The notes: a model not told the origin generated them from the letters alone. DNA of 64,000 nucleotides from Thermoanaerobaculia bacterium (GCA_963816185.1 CAWFJJ010000028.1:1-64000), one strand, 5' to 3'. Shown: positions 18,597-29,134, numbered from the stretch's first letter. Program-made: numbers and translations.

Positions 18597-20030
18597 ATGC
18601 CCACGAAGAAGCTCCTCATTCTGTCGGGCGTCTTCCTCGCGCTCCTCGCGTTCGTGATCCTCTTCGAGCGCAAGCAGCCGACGTCCGAGGAACGCGCGAA
18701 GTCGGCGAAGAGGCTCGCGGACGTGAACGTCGAGGAGGTCGCGTCGCTCCTTCTCGAGCGCCCCGACCTTCCGAAAGTGCAGCTCGTGCGCCGCGAGAAG
18801 AACCGGTGGGTGCTCGCGGGCGGGCCCGAGGGCCCGGCGGACGGGTTCGCGGCGGAGAACCTCGCGGGTGACCTCGGGCGGCTCGACGTCGTCGGCGAGG
18901 TGCGCACCGACGTCGACCCGAAGGAGTTCGGCCTCGACGCCCCGAAGGCGAAGGTCACCGTCACCTTCAAGGACAACTCCGTGAAGACGTTCGCGTTCGG
19001 GCAGGCGATTCCGGGAACGGATGCTACCGCGGCCTCCGAAGGGGCGCGCTTCGCCGCCGTCAAGGCGGCGCCGCTCGCGGCCCTCACGAAACCTCTGGAC
19101 GATTACCGAAGCCGCTCCCTCTTCGAGACGCCGACAACCGAGATCACGCGCGTCACCGTGACGAAGGGTCCGAACACGGTCGTCGTCGTGCGCGAACCCA
19201 AGCCGGACCGTGCCGCGGGCGGCTGGAGAATGGAAAAGCCCGTCCAGGACCTCGCCTCGGACGCGTTCGTCGATCGCCTGCTCGGCGACCTCGCGAGCGA
19301 GCGAATCTCCGAGTTTCCGGCCGTCCCCCCGGCCGAGCTCGCGCGCGTCGGCCTGTCCCCGTCCTGGGCGACGGTGAGCCTGGAGAAGGGCGCGGAGATC
19401 GTCGCCACGATCTCGTTCGGGGCCGCCAAGGCGGACGCCGCAGGCAAGCTCTACGCGAAGGTCGGGAGCGTCGTGTCCGTGGTGGACGACCGGGTGCGCG
19501 AAGGCCTCGACGCGGAAGTGTCGGCCTGGCGGGAGGGGCACGTCCTCCCCGTCGACCTGCCCGCTCTCAGGCGCGTCTCGTTCGTCGCGGACGAGCTCCG
19601 TGCGGGAGCAGAGAAGGTGGAAGGCTCCTGGCGTTCGACGGGACGCGAGATTCCCGCGGACGTCGCGGAAGCCCCGGCCGGCGGAATCGCGCGGGCCGAG
19701 GTGAAGTCGTTCCTTCCAAGGCGAGGCGGAAAATCGGCCAAGGACAAGCCGATCGCGACGCTCGAGCTGCTGCTCGAGGGGGACAAGCCGGAGCGGGTCG
19801 TTTCGTTCTTCGAAGCGCCTCCCGGCGCGACCGGGGCTCTCGTGGAGGTGACGGGGAGGCCCGAGCCGATGCTCGTCGACCAAGTCGTTCTCGACGACCT
19901 GCGCCGTGCGGCGGCCGCGCTGCGCGACGCGGCGGCCGGCAAGCCGAAGGAATCCGGCAAAGCCAAGGCGAGAACGACGACCGCTCCCGGGCCAGCACCC
20001 GTGACCGTCGCGCCCGAGAAGAAGAAGTAG
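18597..20030 (+). CDS. DUF4340-like membrane-anchored periplasmic protein
   Basis: N-terminal TM, repeated W-x-L...AD / FGLDAP units, typical position after GldG. Confidence 0.75.
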   Translation: MPTKKLLILSGVFLALLAFVILFERKQPTSEERAKSAKRLADVNVEEVASLLLERPDLPKVQLVRREKNRWVLAGGPEGPADGFAAENLAGDLGRLDVVGEVRTDVDPKEFGLDAPKAKVTVTFKDNSVKTFAFGQAIPGTDATAASEGARFAAVKAAPLAALTKPLDDYRSRSLFETPTTEITRVTVTKGPNTVVVVREPKPDRAAGGWRMEKPVQDLASDAFVDRLLGDLASERISEFPAVPPAELARVGLSPSWATVSLEKGAEIVATISFGAAKADAAGKLYAKVGSVVSVVDDRVREGLDAEVSAWREGHVLPVDLPALRRVSFVADELRAGAEKVEGSWRSTGREIPADVAEAPAGGIARAEVKSFLPRRGGKSAKDKPIATLELLLEGDKPERVVSFFEAPPGATGALVEVTGRPEPMLVDQVVLDDLRRAAAALRDAAAGKPKESGKAKARTTTAPGPAPVTVAPEKKK

Positions 20031-20034
20031 AGCC

Positions 20035-21531
20035 TCAGCTCCTTTTCGGCGTCTCGGGAGACGACCGGGTCGGCTCCCCGGGCGCGTCGGCATCGCGCCG
20101 AACGCCCATTGCGCGCGCGCGTTCGTCCGCGCTCCGCTCGAGCGCGGCAAGGCGGGAGAGTCGCTCGGCTTCCTTGTCGCGCTCGATCTGCTCGCTCTTT
20201 TTCTTGGCCGAGCCGAGGAACGAGCTCGCCGCCAGGACGAGCTTCAGGTGAAGCTGGCCGGTGAACTTCGCGTTCTCGCCGAAGGCGCCCACGAACGAAG
20301 CACCGCTCAGGCGGGCTTCGGAGAAATCCGCGCCTCCGATGTTCGCCTGCCGGAACGAGGCTCCTTCGAGCTTCGCGCCGACGAGCTGGGAGAAGCGCAC
20401 GTCGCTCGCCGAGAAATCCGCGTCGTCCGCCTCGATCCCGAAGAGGTTCGCGCCGGACAGGTTCGCCCCAACCGCGATCGCGCCCGAAAGGCGCGAGCGT
20501 TTCAGGTTCGCTCGCCTGAGGTTCGCCCGAGCGAGCTTGACCTTGGTCATGATGCAGCCTTCGAGGTTCGCCTCGGAGAGATCGGCCCCGGAGAGGTCGG
20601 CTTCCGTGAAATTCGAGCCGCGCAGGTTCGCGCGCATGCCGTTCGCTTCGAGAAGGCGCGCGGCCGTGAAGTTCGGAAGCCTCATGCGGGGCGTCCTCAG
20701 GTCCACCTTGTCGAGCGAGGCCCCCATGAAGTCGGTTTCCTCGAGCTGCGCCCCGGTAAAGACGGCGCCCCGGAGGTCTGCTCGATGCGCGCTCGTCTTG
20801 CGCATGATTGCGTCCGAGAAGTTCGCGGCCTGGGCCACGACGCGCTCGAGATCGGCCTCCGAGAGATCGGCCCCCGTGAAGTCGGCGCCGCTCACTTCGG
20901 CGCCGCGAAAAACCGCGCGTTGGAGCTTCGCGCCCTTGAAGGACGTCCCCGTGAGCTTGGCGTCGCGGAAGAAGGAGAGAGTCAGGTTCGCCTTGTCGAA
21001 GCGGCCCTTCCGGTAGGTCACGCCGTCGAACATCGCCTGCGTGAGGTCGGCGCCTTCGAAGACGCAGCGGTCGAGCTGTGCGCCGCGAAAGTTCGCGTAG
21101 AGGACGCGCCCGAAGGAGAAGTCGGTCGCGGTGAAGTCGGTCCCGTCGAGCTTCGCACCCGTCATGTCGACAGCGGTCATGATGCTCTCGCGCACCGTGG
21201 CGCTGCGCAGGGTCGAGTTCCGGAAGATCGCGCCGACGAAAGAAACCCGGTCCAGAACGAGATAGTCGAGGTCCGTGTCGGAGAGATCGACCCGGTCGAG
21301 CGTCGAGCCGTTGAACGAGGCTCCCGTGACGTGGGACCGCGCCAAGGATGCCCCCGAGAGGTTGCAGCCCTCGACCTTCGCCCGGGAGAAGTCCGCGCCG
21401 GAGAGGTTCTTTCCCGAAAGGTCGAGCGCGTTAAGACGCGCGTCCGTGAAGTCTGGAGTCAGGGAAGGTCGCTCGGCGCGCCACTCGTTCCAATCGGGGG
21501 CCTGCACGTGTTCGAGGTGTTCGGGGTTCAC
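20035..21531 (-). CDS. Pentapeptide repeat protein
   Basis: WNEWR then ~400 aa of A(D/N)L/FxxA repeats. Confidence 0.95.
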   Translation of the reverse strand: MNPEHLEHVQAPDWNEWRAERPSLTPDFTDARLNALDLSGKNLSGADFSRAKVEGCNLSGASLARSHVTGASFNGSTLDRVDLSDTDLDYLVLDRVSFVGAIFRNSTLRSATVRESIMTAVDMTGAKLDGTDFTATDFSFGRVLYANFRGAQLDRCVFEGADLTQAMFDGVTYRKGRFDKANLTLSFFRDAKLTGTSFKGAKLQRAVFRGAEVSGADFTGADLSEADLERVVAQAANFSDAIMRKTSAHRADLRGAVFTGAQLEETDFMGASLDKVDLRTPRMRLPNFTAARLLEANGMRANLRGSNFTEADLSGADLSEANLEGCIMTKVKLARANLRRANLKRSRLSGAIAVGANLSGANLFGIEADDADFSASDVRFSQLVGAKLEGASFRQANIGGADFSEARLSGASFVGAFGENAKFTGQLHLKLVLAASSFLGSAKKKSEQIERDKEAERLSRLAALERSADERARAMGVRRDADAPGEPTRSSPETPKRS

Positions 21532-21563
21532 GATCGTCTAGTGTATCGAAGCCTGTAACATTC

Positions 21564-23054
21564 GTGGGAATGAGCGACGTCGTCCGGGGACCCGAACGGA
21601 TCCGCCGAGCCCTCCTCGGCGGCTACCCTCTTCTTTACGTCGTGTCATGGGAGGAAGGGCGCGTGGAGCGGGCGCTCGCCACGCTCGCCCAGAAGTTCTA
21701 CGAAAAGCCCGTGCCCTTCTCGATGTGGAGCTGCGTGGACGGCATCGTCACCGGGACGGAGCGGCTGCCCGACACGGCCGATCCTCTGAAGGCGCTGGAT
21801 GCGATCCTCCAGGCGACCGGCCCCGGGTTCTTCCTCATGAAAGACCTCACGGCCTTCCTCGGCAAGCCCGAGGTCGTGAGGCGCCTGAGGGACGCCTATC
21901 GGGCTCTCAAGGGCAAGGGTCGATTCCTCGTCCTCATGTCCCCACGTCTCGTCGTCCCCGACGATCTCAAGAAGGAGATCTACGTCCTCGACTACGACCT
22001 TCCGGACGAGAGCGAGATCCTGTTCCTCCTCGGCCACCTCGGGAAGCGCTACTTCGGCGAAAAAGGCCTCTCCGAAGCGGACGCGAAGAAGCTTGCCATC
22101 GCGCTCAAGGGCCTCACGCAGGACGAGACGGAGCACGTCGTCTCCCGGGTCTTCTCGCGCCGGCCCATTTTCGACGAGGAGTCTTATTACGAGGTCCTCG
22201 CCGAGAAGCAGCAGGCCACGCGCAAGGACGGCGTCCTCGAGTTCGTGCCGCCGCGGTTCTCGCTCGCGGACATCGGGGGCCTCGAGAACCTCAAGGAATG
22301 GCTCGTGAAGCGCCAGAACCTCTTCACGAAGGAAGCGTTGGATGCCGGCGTGTCCGTGCCGAAGGGCATCCTGCTCATGGGCGTCTCGGGCTGCGGAAAG
22401 TCGCTCTCCGTGAAAGCCATCTCCGCGCTCTGGAACCTCCCTCTCTTCCGCCTGGACATGAACCTCGTCTTCGGGACGGACAACCCGGAGCAGACGTTCC
22501 ACCGCGCGCTCCAGAGCGTGGAGTCGCTCTCGCCCGCGCTGTTGTGGATCGACGAGATCGAGATGGCGATCACCGGCGGGCGCGAGGCCGGCGGTGGCGA
22601 CGCGTCGCTCGGCCGAATCTTCTCGGCGTTTCTGACCTGGATGCAGGAGAAGCAGGGGCTCGTCTTCGTGGCGGCCACGGCGAACCGCATCCACCTCCTG
22701 CCCGCCGAGGTCATCCGCAAGGGCCGCTTCGACCAGGTGTTCTTCCTCGACCTGCCGAACGAGAACGAGCGCAAGGCCATCTTCAACGTCCATCTCAAGA
22801 AGGTCGGGTCGGACGTGAGCCTCTTCGACGTCGTCTTCCTGTCGAAGGCCACGAGGGGCTTCGTCGGCTCGGAGATCGAGGCGGCCGTTCAGGCCGCGGC
22901 CGTCGAGGCCTTCAACCAGGGACGCAAGCTCACCGAGGACGACATGTCGAAGATGCTGACCGCCACCGTGCCGCTGTCGCGCACGATGGACGAGCAGATC
23001 AAGGCCATCAAGAGCTGGGCGCACGACCGCGCGATGCCGGCCTCGAAGGCCTGA
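21564..23054 (+). CDS. AAA+ ATPase, Ycf46-like
   Basis: YPLLYVVSWEEGR, IGGLENLKEW, GVSGCGKS, WIDEIE, RKGRFD. Confidence 0.9.
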   Translation: MGMSDVVRGPERIRRALLGGYPLLYVVSWEEGRVERALATLAQKFYEKPVPFSMWSCVDGIVTGTERLPDTADPLKALDAILQATGPGFFLMKDLTAFLGKPEVVRRLRDAYRALKGKGRFLVLMSPRLVVPDDLKKEIYVLDYDLPDESEILFLLGHLGKRYFGEKGLSEADAKKLAIALKGLTQDETEHVVSRVFSRRPIFDEESYYEVLAEKQQATRKDGVLEFVPPRFSLADIGGLENLKEWLVKRQNLFTKEALDAGVSVPKGILLMGVSGCGKSLSVKAISALWNLPLFRLDMNLVFGTDNPEQTFHRALQSVESLSPALLWIDEIEMAITGGREAGGGDASLGRIFSAFLTWMQEKQGLVFVAATANRIHLLPAEVIRKGRFDQVFFLDLPNENERKAIFNVHLKKVGSDVSLFDVVFLSKATRGFVGSEIEAAVQAAAVEAFNQGRKLTEDDMSKMLTATVPLSRTMDEQIKAIKSWAHDRAMPASKA

Positions 23055-23076
23055 GCCCGGGCGAAATCCGACCGGA

Positions 23077-23436
23077 TCACCGCAGCGGCGGGGGAGGCGG
23101 GGCCGCGCCCTCGGAGGCCACGATCACGGCCGTGCCGTAGCAGAGCACCTCGGTGACGCCCTGCATCACCTCCGTCGCGTCGTAGCGGACGCCGACGACG
23201 GCGTTCGCGCCGATGTCGCGCGCATGAGTGAGCATCATGTCGAAGGCTTCGTTCCGCGTCTTCTCGCAAAGCTCGGTGAAGAGAGTGATGTTCCCGCCGA
23301 CGAGCGTCTGAAGCGACCCGCCGATCGTTCCGAAAATCGAGCGTGAGCGGACGGTGATGCCGCGCACGACGCCGAGGTTCCGGGTCACGCGGTAGCCGTC
23401 GAGCGCGAACGTGGTCGTCGTCATGGGATGCGTCAT
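23077..23436 (-). CDS. YbjQ/UPF0145 family protein
   Basis: LGVVRG.TVRSR, GANAVVGVRYD, CYGTAV. Confidence 0.9.
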   Translation of the reverse strand: MTHPMTTTTFALDGYRVTRNLGVVRGITVRSRSIFGTIGGSLQTLVGGNITLFTELCEKTRNEAFDMMLTHARDIGANAVVGVRYDATEVMQGVTEVLCYGTAVIVASEGAAPPPPPLR

Positions 23437-23450
23437 GGCCGCAACCTCCT

Positions 23451-24134
23451 TCAGTTGCTGCGCGGGTCGAATCCCGTTCGCCGGTACGGCCCGAGGAAAT
23501 CGAGCCGCTTCTGCACGTGGGCGATGTGCTCGATCGCCCAGGCGTAGCGCTCTTCGAGGCGGTCCATGACGAGCAGGCGGTAGCCGTCCTCGGCGTCCAG
23601 GCCGAGCCGCGCGAGCGCCTCGTTCACGTACCCTTCGTCCGAGAGCTGCGACGGCAGCGACCGCGCCTGCGAGCGGCCGACGGAGTCGGCGAGACGTTCC
23701 ACGCTCTTCGCGAGGAGACGACGGAGGTCCCGCCGGGTCCGGCCGCCCGGCGACGTCGCCGGAAGAGGATGAACGGCGAGGGGAGCAACCTCGGCCACGC
23801 GATAAGGCGCCGGCGTCTCGCGCTCGCCCGCGATCCGGTATCGGAAGGTCCCCCGCAGCAGGATATTCGAGCGCCCGTCCTCGAGGGGCTCGTGCCGCAC
23901 GATCTCGCCGGCGCAGCCGATCTCGAACACGGCAGGCCGGCCCGCGCCGTCGGGCGGCGCAGCCGGGTTCAGGAGCTGGACGCCGATGAGCCGGTCGCCG
24001 GCGAGCGCGTCGGAGAGCATGGTCCGGTATCGAGGCTCGAAGACGTGAAGAGGGAGAGTCGTCTCCGGCAGAAGCAGGACGTTCGGGAGCGGGAAGAGTC
24101 GGAGAAGGATGGGTGCGGTCATGGTCGCGCCCAT
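23451..24134 (-). CDS. Lon N-terminal substrate-binding domain protein
   Basis: LFPLPNVLLLP...LPLHVFEPRYRTM, DGRSNILLRG..RYRI. Confidence 0.9.
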   Translation of the reverse strand: MGATMTAPILLRLFPLPNVLLLPETTLPLHVFEPRYRTMLSDALAGDRLIGVQLLNPAAPPDGAGRPAVFEIGCAGEIVRHEPLEDGRSNILLRGTFRYRIAGERETPAPYRVAEVAPLAVHPLPATSPGGRTRRDLRRLLAKSVERLADSVGRSQARSLPSQLSDEGYVNEALARLGLDAEDGYRLLVMDRLEERYAWAIEHIAHVQKRLDFLGPYRRTGFDPRSN

Positions 24135-24185
24135 GATGCAGACTGATGAGTGCCTTCCGAATCCGACATGTTATCTTTCCGTGGG

Positions 24186-24419
24186 ATGGCGAACAAAGAC
24201 GACCGTTACGCGGAGAACGTTCCCGGGAAATTCTACGTCGACACGCAGTGCATCGACTGCGACGTCTGCCGCGTCACCGCGCCGGCGAATTTCACCCGGC
24301 AGGAAGACAAGGGCTTCTCGTACGTGATGAAGCAGGCGGAGACTCCCGAGGAAGAAGCCCAGTGCCAGGAGGCGATGGACTCCTGCCCCGTCGAGGCGAT
24401 CGGAAATGACGGGGCCTAA
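24186..24419 (+). CDS. Ferredoxin (single 4Fe-4S/3Fe-4S)
   Basis: ENVPGKFYVDTQCIDCDVC...CPVEAIG. Confidence 0.92.
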   Translation: MANKDDRYAENVPGKFYVDTQCIDCDVCRVTAPANFTRQEDKGFSYVMKQAETPEEEAQCQEAMDSCPVEAIGNDGA

Positions 24420-24434
24420 CGGACGGTCCGAAGA

Positions 24435-24504
24435 GAGATTTTCTTAGAGGGTAAGAGGAGGAAGAGAGGGCTCTTTTCTGGCCCATTCACCTTCTAAGAA
24501 ATTT
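24435..24504. repeat. Forward/reverse pair of the dispersed motif between convergent ferredoxin and lipA
   Basis: GAGATTTTCTTAGAGGGTAAGAG (24435) and TTCACCTTCTAAGAAATTT (24486). Confidence 0.8.
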
Positions 24505-25414
24505 GCAGACCGACTCCCGGTGTGAGAGCGCGTCTCGCGTGATAGCTGGAGCGGACGAGCGGCCCTGACTCCACTCTCGCGAATCCCATCTCTTCGCCTT
24601 CCAGCCTGATCTCTTCGAACTCCTGCGGCGTGTAGTACCTCTCGATCGGGAGCCGCCGCGCGTGCGGCTGGAGGTACTGGCCGACCGTGACGACCTCGAC
24701 GCCGTTCGCGCGCAGATCCCGCAGGGTCTTCGACAGCTCCTCACGTGTCTCGCCGAGCCCCACCATGACCCCGCTCTTCACCTTCATCGAGATCTTCTCT
24801 TCGTCTTTTCTCTTTGCGGCGCGGCGGAGGAGCTCCAGCGACCGCGCGTAGACCGCGTCGGGCCGCACGCGCCGGTAGAGGCGCGCGACGGTCTCCGTGT
24901 TGTGGTTGAGGACTTCCGGCCGCGCGGAAAGGACGGTTTCGAGCGCGGCGTCGCTGCCGAGGAAGTCGGGGATGAGCACTTCGACCGTGACCCCGGGGGC
25001 GAGAGCGCGAATCTCCCGGATCGTGGCCGCGAAGTGCGCGGCCCCGCCGTCCGGCAGCTCGTCGCGGTTCACGGACGTCACGACGGCGTGCGCGACGCCC
25101 ATCGCCTTCACGGCTTCGGCGACGTGGCGCGGCTCCTCGGGATCGAGCGGCCTCCCGACGCCCTGCGCGACCGCGCAGAAGCCGCAGTGCCGCGTGCAGA
25201 CGTCGCCCATGAGCATGAATGTCGCCGTTCTCTCGACGCCCCAGCACTCGAAGATGTTCGGACAGCGCGCCTCCTGGCACACGGTGTTGAGGTGCTTGTC
25301 CTCGATGAGAGACGCGATGCCGCGCGAGGCCTCGTTGTCGTAGAGACGCACCTTCAGCCAGTCGGGCCGGGGGGTGATTCGGGAGAGGGGCCGGGGGGAG
25401 GGGGTCGCGCTCAC
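24494..25414 (-). CDS. lipA: Lipoyl synthase
   Basis: [24 protein letters not shown]; start at GTG 25414 inferred. Confidence 0.96.
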   Translation of the reverse strand: MSATPSPRPLSRITPRPDWLKVRLYDNEASRGIASLIEDKHLNTVCQEARCPNIFECWGVERTATFMLMGDVCTRHCGFCAVAQGVGRPLDPEEPRHVAEAVKAMGVAHAVVTSVNRDELPDGGAAHFAATIREIRALAPGVTVEVLIPDFLGSDAALETVLSARPEVLNHNTETVARLYRRVRPDAVYARSLELLRRAAKRKDEEKISMKVKSGVMVGLGETREELSKTLRDLRANGVEVVTVGQYLQPHARRLPIERYYTPQEFEEIRLEGEEMGFARVESGPLVRSSYHARRALTPGVGLQIS

Positions 25415-25578
25415 GGCCCCGAGTCTAGCGTGGTGCCGCGGCTCGCGAACCGGCCTGCGAAGTTGCTTCGAATGGTGAATGTGCCCTCGCGTCACTCTCA
25501 CTTTCGAAGAAATGCTGCCTTGCGGCTGTCGGGGCGTCGTTCGATAGGATCCGCGGCAACAAACCGCAGGAGGAAAGC

Positions 25579-26140
25579 ATGGTTTCGATTTTTTCCCTCT
25601 GGCTGCCCATCCTTTTTTCGGCCGTCGCCGTGTTCGTCGTGAGCTCGATCATCCACATGGTCCTCGGTTATCACGCGGCCGATTACAGGAAGCTCCCCGC
25701 TGAGGACGACGTCATGGCCGCCCTTCGGAAGTTCGACATCCCACCCGGCGACTACATGATCCCGTGCCCGGGCGGCCCGAAGGCGTTGAAAGACCCGGCT
25801 TTCCTCGAGAAGTTCAAGGCCGGGCCGAGGGCCATGATGACCGTCATGGCCGGCGGCGAGATGAACATGGGGCCGCAGCTCATCCAATGGTTCCTGTACA
25901 GCATCCTCATCGGCATCACGGCCGCGTACATCGCCGGCCGCGCGCTCGGTCCCGGGGCGCCCGTACCTCCAGGTCTTCCGCTTCGCGGGCGCGACGGCGT
26001 TCTTCGGCTACAGCCTCGCGCTCTGGCAGACGTCGATCTGGTACAAGAGGTCCTGGGCGACGACGTTCCGGAGCACGATCGACGGCCTGATCTTCGGGCT
26101 CCTGACGGGAGGCTTCTTCGGCTGGCTGTGGCCGAGATAG
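25579..26140 (+). CDS. Hypothetical membrane protein, frameshifted near 25960
   Basis: Hydrophobic N-terminus; an alternative frame continues ...[38 protein letters not shown]. Confidence 0.7.
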
Positions 26141-26152
26141 CCGCGAAAAAAT

Positions 26153-26815
26153 TCAGCCTCGTCCGCGGATTCCTTCGCGCGCCGCCCACTGCCAGACGGG
26201 GTCCCACGCGTGGTACACGCAGCGGACTCCCTCCACGTCCTCTTCCTCGAGCGGCGCGGGGAACCGCAGGTCTGCCGCATGCTCGACCGCTACGCGCGCG
26301 GCCTCGCGCACGACGAGCCACTCACGCGCGTCCTCCTCGCGCCCTTCGTGGTACGGGTCCACCCCGAGCGTCAGCAGCGTGGGAAGGTTCTTCGGGCTCC
26401 GTTCGACGTCGAGGATGCGAACGGCCTGCAGGCGGTTCCGTCCGTTCGGGTCCGTCAGGAATTCCCGCACCGCCACGTCGAGGTCGTCCGGGTCGAAGTA
26501 GGCGAAGGCCATGAGCGCGTCGCAGCGCACGGCCGGTTCGGCATCGAGGAGGAGCTCGCGCACCTTGCCGGCGAGAGGCCGGAAGGGCTCAAGACGTTCT
26601 TTGGAATCGTCCTGGAGGCCCGCGAAAATGAAAAGGCCGGCCCGCCGGGTGTCGGCGTCGGAGTCGACGAGCGCCTGCGCGACGAGGCCTACGGTCTCGT
26701 CGTCCACGGGAGCGCGGACGATCCGGTCGAACCGCAGCGTCTCCCCTTCGCTGGCGTAGGGCGCGATCCGTCCGGTGAGGAGCTCGTAGATTTCCCGATG
26801 ACCGTGCTCCGTCAT
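26153..26815 (-). CDS. HEAT-repeat protein
   Basis: L.DSDADTRRAG, LLDAEPAVRCDA, LTDPNGRNRLQA; ATG overlaps the lipB stop. Confidence 0.75.
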   Translation of the reverse strand: MTEHGHREIYELLTGRIAPYASEGETLRFDRIVRAPVDDETVGLVAQALVDSDADTRRAGLFIFAGLQDDSKERLEPFRPLAGKVRELLLDAEPAVRCDALMAFAYFDPDDLDVAVREFLTDPNGRNRLQAVRILDVERSPKNLPTLLTLGVDPYHEGREEDAREWLVVREAARVAVEHAADLRFPAPLEEEDVEGVRCVYHAWDPVWQWAAREGIRGRG

Positions 26816-27489
26816 GGCGTTTTTCCCTTCTCCCTGTCGAAGACCTTCAGGAAGTGACTCAAGAAGCGTTCCGCGACCTCCGGCAGCGCCGGCGGCGGCT
26901 TGTCCGGGGTCTCCCTCGAAAGGGACGTCACGCCGCCGTCGGCGATCCCGCACGGAATGAAGAGCGAAAACCTTGCCAGGTCCGTCGAGACGTTCAAGGC
27001 GGCGCCGTGCGTCGTGACCCAGCGCGAAAGATGGACGCCGATCGCGGCCAGCTTGTCGTTTCCGACCCAGATCGAGGCTTTTCTCTCCGGAACGGAGCTG
27101 CGAGCCGCCGTCACTCCGAAGTCGCGGGCGGTACGAATAAGTGTCTCCTCGAGGTCGCACACGTAACGGCGCACGTCGCGCCGCCCGCGGGAAAGATCGA
27201 GAACCGGGTACGCGACGAGCTGCCCGGGCCCGTGGAACGTGAGCCTGCCGCCCCGATCGGCGACCCGAAGCGCGACGCCTCGCTGGAGGAGGAACTCTTC
27301 CGAGACGAGCAGCTCCCCGAGCCCCGCATTTCGGCCCACGGTGATGACGTCCGCGTGCTCGAGGAGGAACAGTGTTTCATGCCCGCCCGCCTTCACGCGC
27401 GCCTCGGCCTCCTGCTGAAGCGCGAAGGCCGCGTCCCAGGAGACGCGGCCTTCAGGGAGGAGGTTGACGACTTCGAGCGACCGGGGCAT
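26812..27489 (-). CDS. lipB: Octanoyltransferase LipB
   Basis: LLEH, DRGGRLTFHGPGQLVAYP, KLAAIG, THGAALN, IPCG. Confidence 0.95.
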   Translation of the reverse strand: MPRSLEVVNLLPEGRVSWDAAFALQQEAEARVKAGGHETLFLLEHADVITVGRNAGLGELLVSEEFLLQRGVALRVADRGGRLTFHGPGQLVAYPVLDLSRGRRDVRRYVCDLEETLIRTARDFGVTAARSSVPERKASIWVGNDKLAAIGVHLSRWVTTHGAALNVSTDLARFSLFIPCGIADGGVTSLSRETPDKPPPALPEVAERFLSHFLKVFDREKGKTP

Positions 27490-27497
27490 GAAGGATT

Positions 27498-29117
27498 CTA
27501 CTCGATGGCCTCCAGCTCGCTCCACGTACCCTTTTCGAGCGTCGCCTTGACGACGTTCACGAACGCGTCGCCCTCGGCTCCGTCGATGAGCCGATGGTCG
27601 AACGTGAGCGCGACGTAGCCCATCGTCTTGATGGCGAGCGAGTCGGAGCCGTCCGGCATCTCGACGACCTTCGCGCGCTTCTCGATCGCGCCGACGCCCA
27701 TGATGGCAACCTGCGGCTGGTTGATGACGGGCGTCGCGAAGAGAGACCCGAACGACCCGTGATTCGTCACGGTGAACGTGCCGCCCGCCACCTCGTCGGG
27801 GACGAGCTTCTTCGCGCGAGCCCGTGCGGCCAGGTCGTTCGCCGCGCGCGCGAGGCCGACCAGCGACAGGTCGTCCGCGCGGCGGATGACGGGCACGATG
27901 AGGCCCCAGTCGAGCGCGACGGCGATCCCGAGATTTACCTCGCGGTGGTAAACGACGTCTTCCCCGACGATGGAGGCGTTCACGAGCGGCCGCGCTTTGA
28001 GCGCCGCGACCGCCGCGCGAAGCAGGAACGGCAGGTAAGACAGCTTCGTGCCGTACTGCTGCTCGAAGCGGGCTTTCACCCGGTTCCGGAGCTTCGCGAT
28101 GCCCGAGTAGTCGACCTCGAACACCGTCGTCACGTGCGCCGAGGTCTGCTTCGACTCGACCATCCTCTGCGCGATCTTTCGGCGCATCGCGCTCATCGGC
28201 TCGACGGTGACGGCGCTCCCGGACGGGAAGGAGAGCGCGGTGGGAGACGGCGTCGGAGCGCGCGACGGAACGGGAGCGTCTGCCGGTCGCGCCGCGAGAA
28301 CGGAGGGTGCCGGCCGCGGAGGAGCTTCGGCGGATTGCTGAGAAGGTGCGGGAGAAGGAACGGGAGATTTCTCAGAAGGCGCGGGGGCGGGCGCGGCAGC
28401 CTGCGGGGCCGGCGCCGCGGTGGGTGCCGGCTGCACACCCTTCGAAGAATCTTCTCTTCCGGTCCCCGGCGCCGCCGCAGTCGGCGCTCGCGGGCTGGCC
28501 AGGTAAGCCTCGATGTCCTGCTTCGTCACGCGGCCCGAGATGCCCGTTCCCGGGATTTGAGAGATGTCGACGCCCTTCTCCTCCGCGATCGCACGGACGA
28601 CGGGCGACGAGCGGCGCCGAAGAAGCTCCTCCTGCGACTCCCCGGGCTGTGGGGGAGCGGAAGAGGAAGAGGGAATTGGAGATTGCTTAGAAGGCGCGGG
28701 GGAGGGCGCCGCAGCTTGGGCGGCCGGTGCCGCGGGGGCAGCGGGTGCCGGGGATTTCTGAGAAGGCGCGGGAACGGCTACCGCAGATGGTGCAGCCGAA
28801 GCCGCGGCGGTGGCCGGCTGCTCGTCTTTCGAAGAATCTTCCGCAGCCGGCGTAGCCGGCGGCGCAGAAACTTGTTCTCCCGCCTCCCCGAGGTGCGCGA
28901 CGACGGTGTTGATGGGCACCGTCTGGCCTTCCGGCACCAGGATCTCGAGCAGCGTTCCCGAAGCAGGCGCGGGGATCTCGGCGTCGACCTTGTCGGTGGA
29001 GATCTCGAAGAGGGGCTCGTCGCGCTTGACCGCGTCGCCGGGCTTCTTGAGCCACTTCGTGAGCGTTCCTTCGGCGATCGACTCGCCCATCTGCGGCATG
29101 ATGACGTTCGTCGGCAT
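27498..29117 (-). CDS. 2-oxoacid dehydrogenase E2 dihydrolipoamide acyltransferase
   Basis: Lipoyl domain ISTDKVDAE, E3-binding GTGISGRVTKQD, catalytic FDHRLIDG. Confidence 0.95.
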   Translation of the reverse strand: MPTNVIMPQMGESIAEGTLTKWLKKPGDAVKRDEPLFEISTDKVDAEIPAPASGTLLEILVPEGQTVPINTVVAHLGEAGEQVSAPPATPAAEDSSKDEQPATAAASAAPSAVAVPAPSQKSPAPAAPAAPAAQAAAPSPAPSKQSPIPSSSSAPPQPGESQEELLRRRSSPVVRAIAEEKGVDISQIPGTGISGRVTKQDIEAYLASPRAPTAAAPGTGREDSSKGVQPAPTAAPAPQAAAPAPAPSEKSPVPSPAPSQQSAEAPPRPAPSVLAARPADAPVPSRAPTPSPTALSFPSGSAVTVEPMSAMRRKIAQRMVESKQTSAHVTTVFEVDYSGIAKLRNRVKARFEQQYGTKLSYLPFLLRAAVAALKARPLVNASIVGEDVVYHREVNLGIAVALDWGLIVPVIRRADDLSLVGLARAANDLAARARAKKLVPDEVAGGTFTVTNHGSFGSLFATPVINQPQVAIMGVGAIEKRAKVVEMPDGSDSLAIKTMGYVALTFDHRLIDGAEGDAFVNVVKATLEKGTWSELEAIE

Positions 29118-29134
29118 GGTCTCTTCTCCGGTGG

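Noticed and set aside
20248-21558. Long antisense ORFs with repeats opposite the pentapeptide gene (and similar shadow ORFs throughout)
   Set aside because: Expected from high GC and codon bias on the real strand; no protein motifs.
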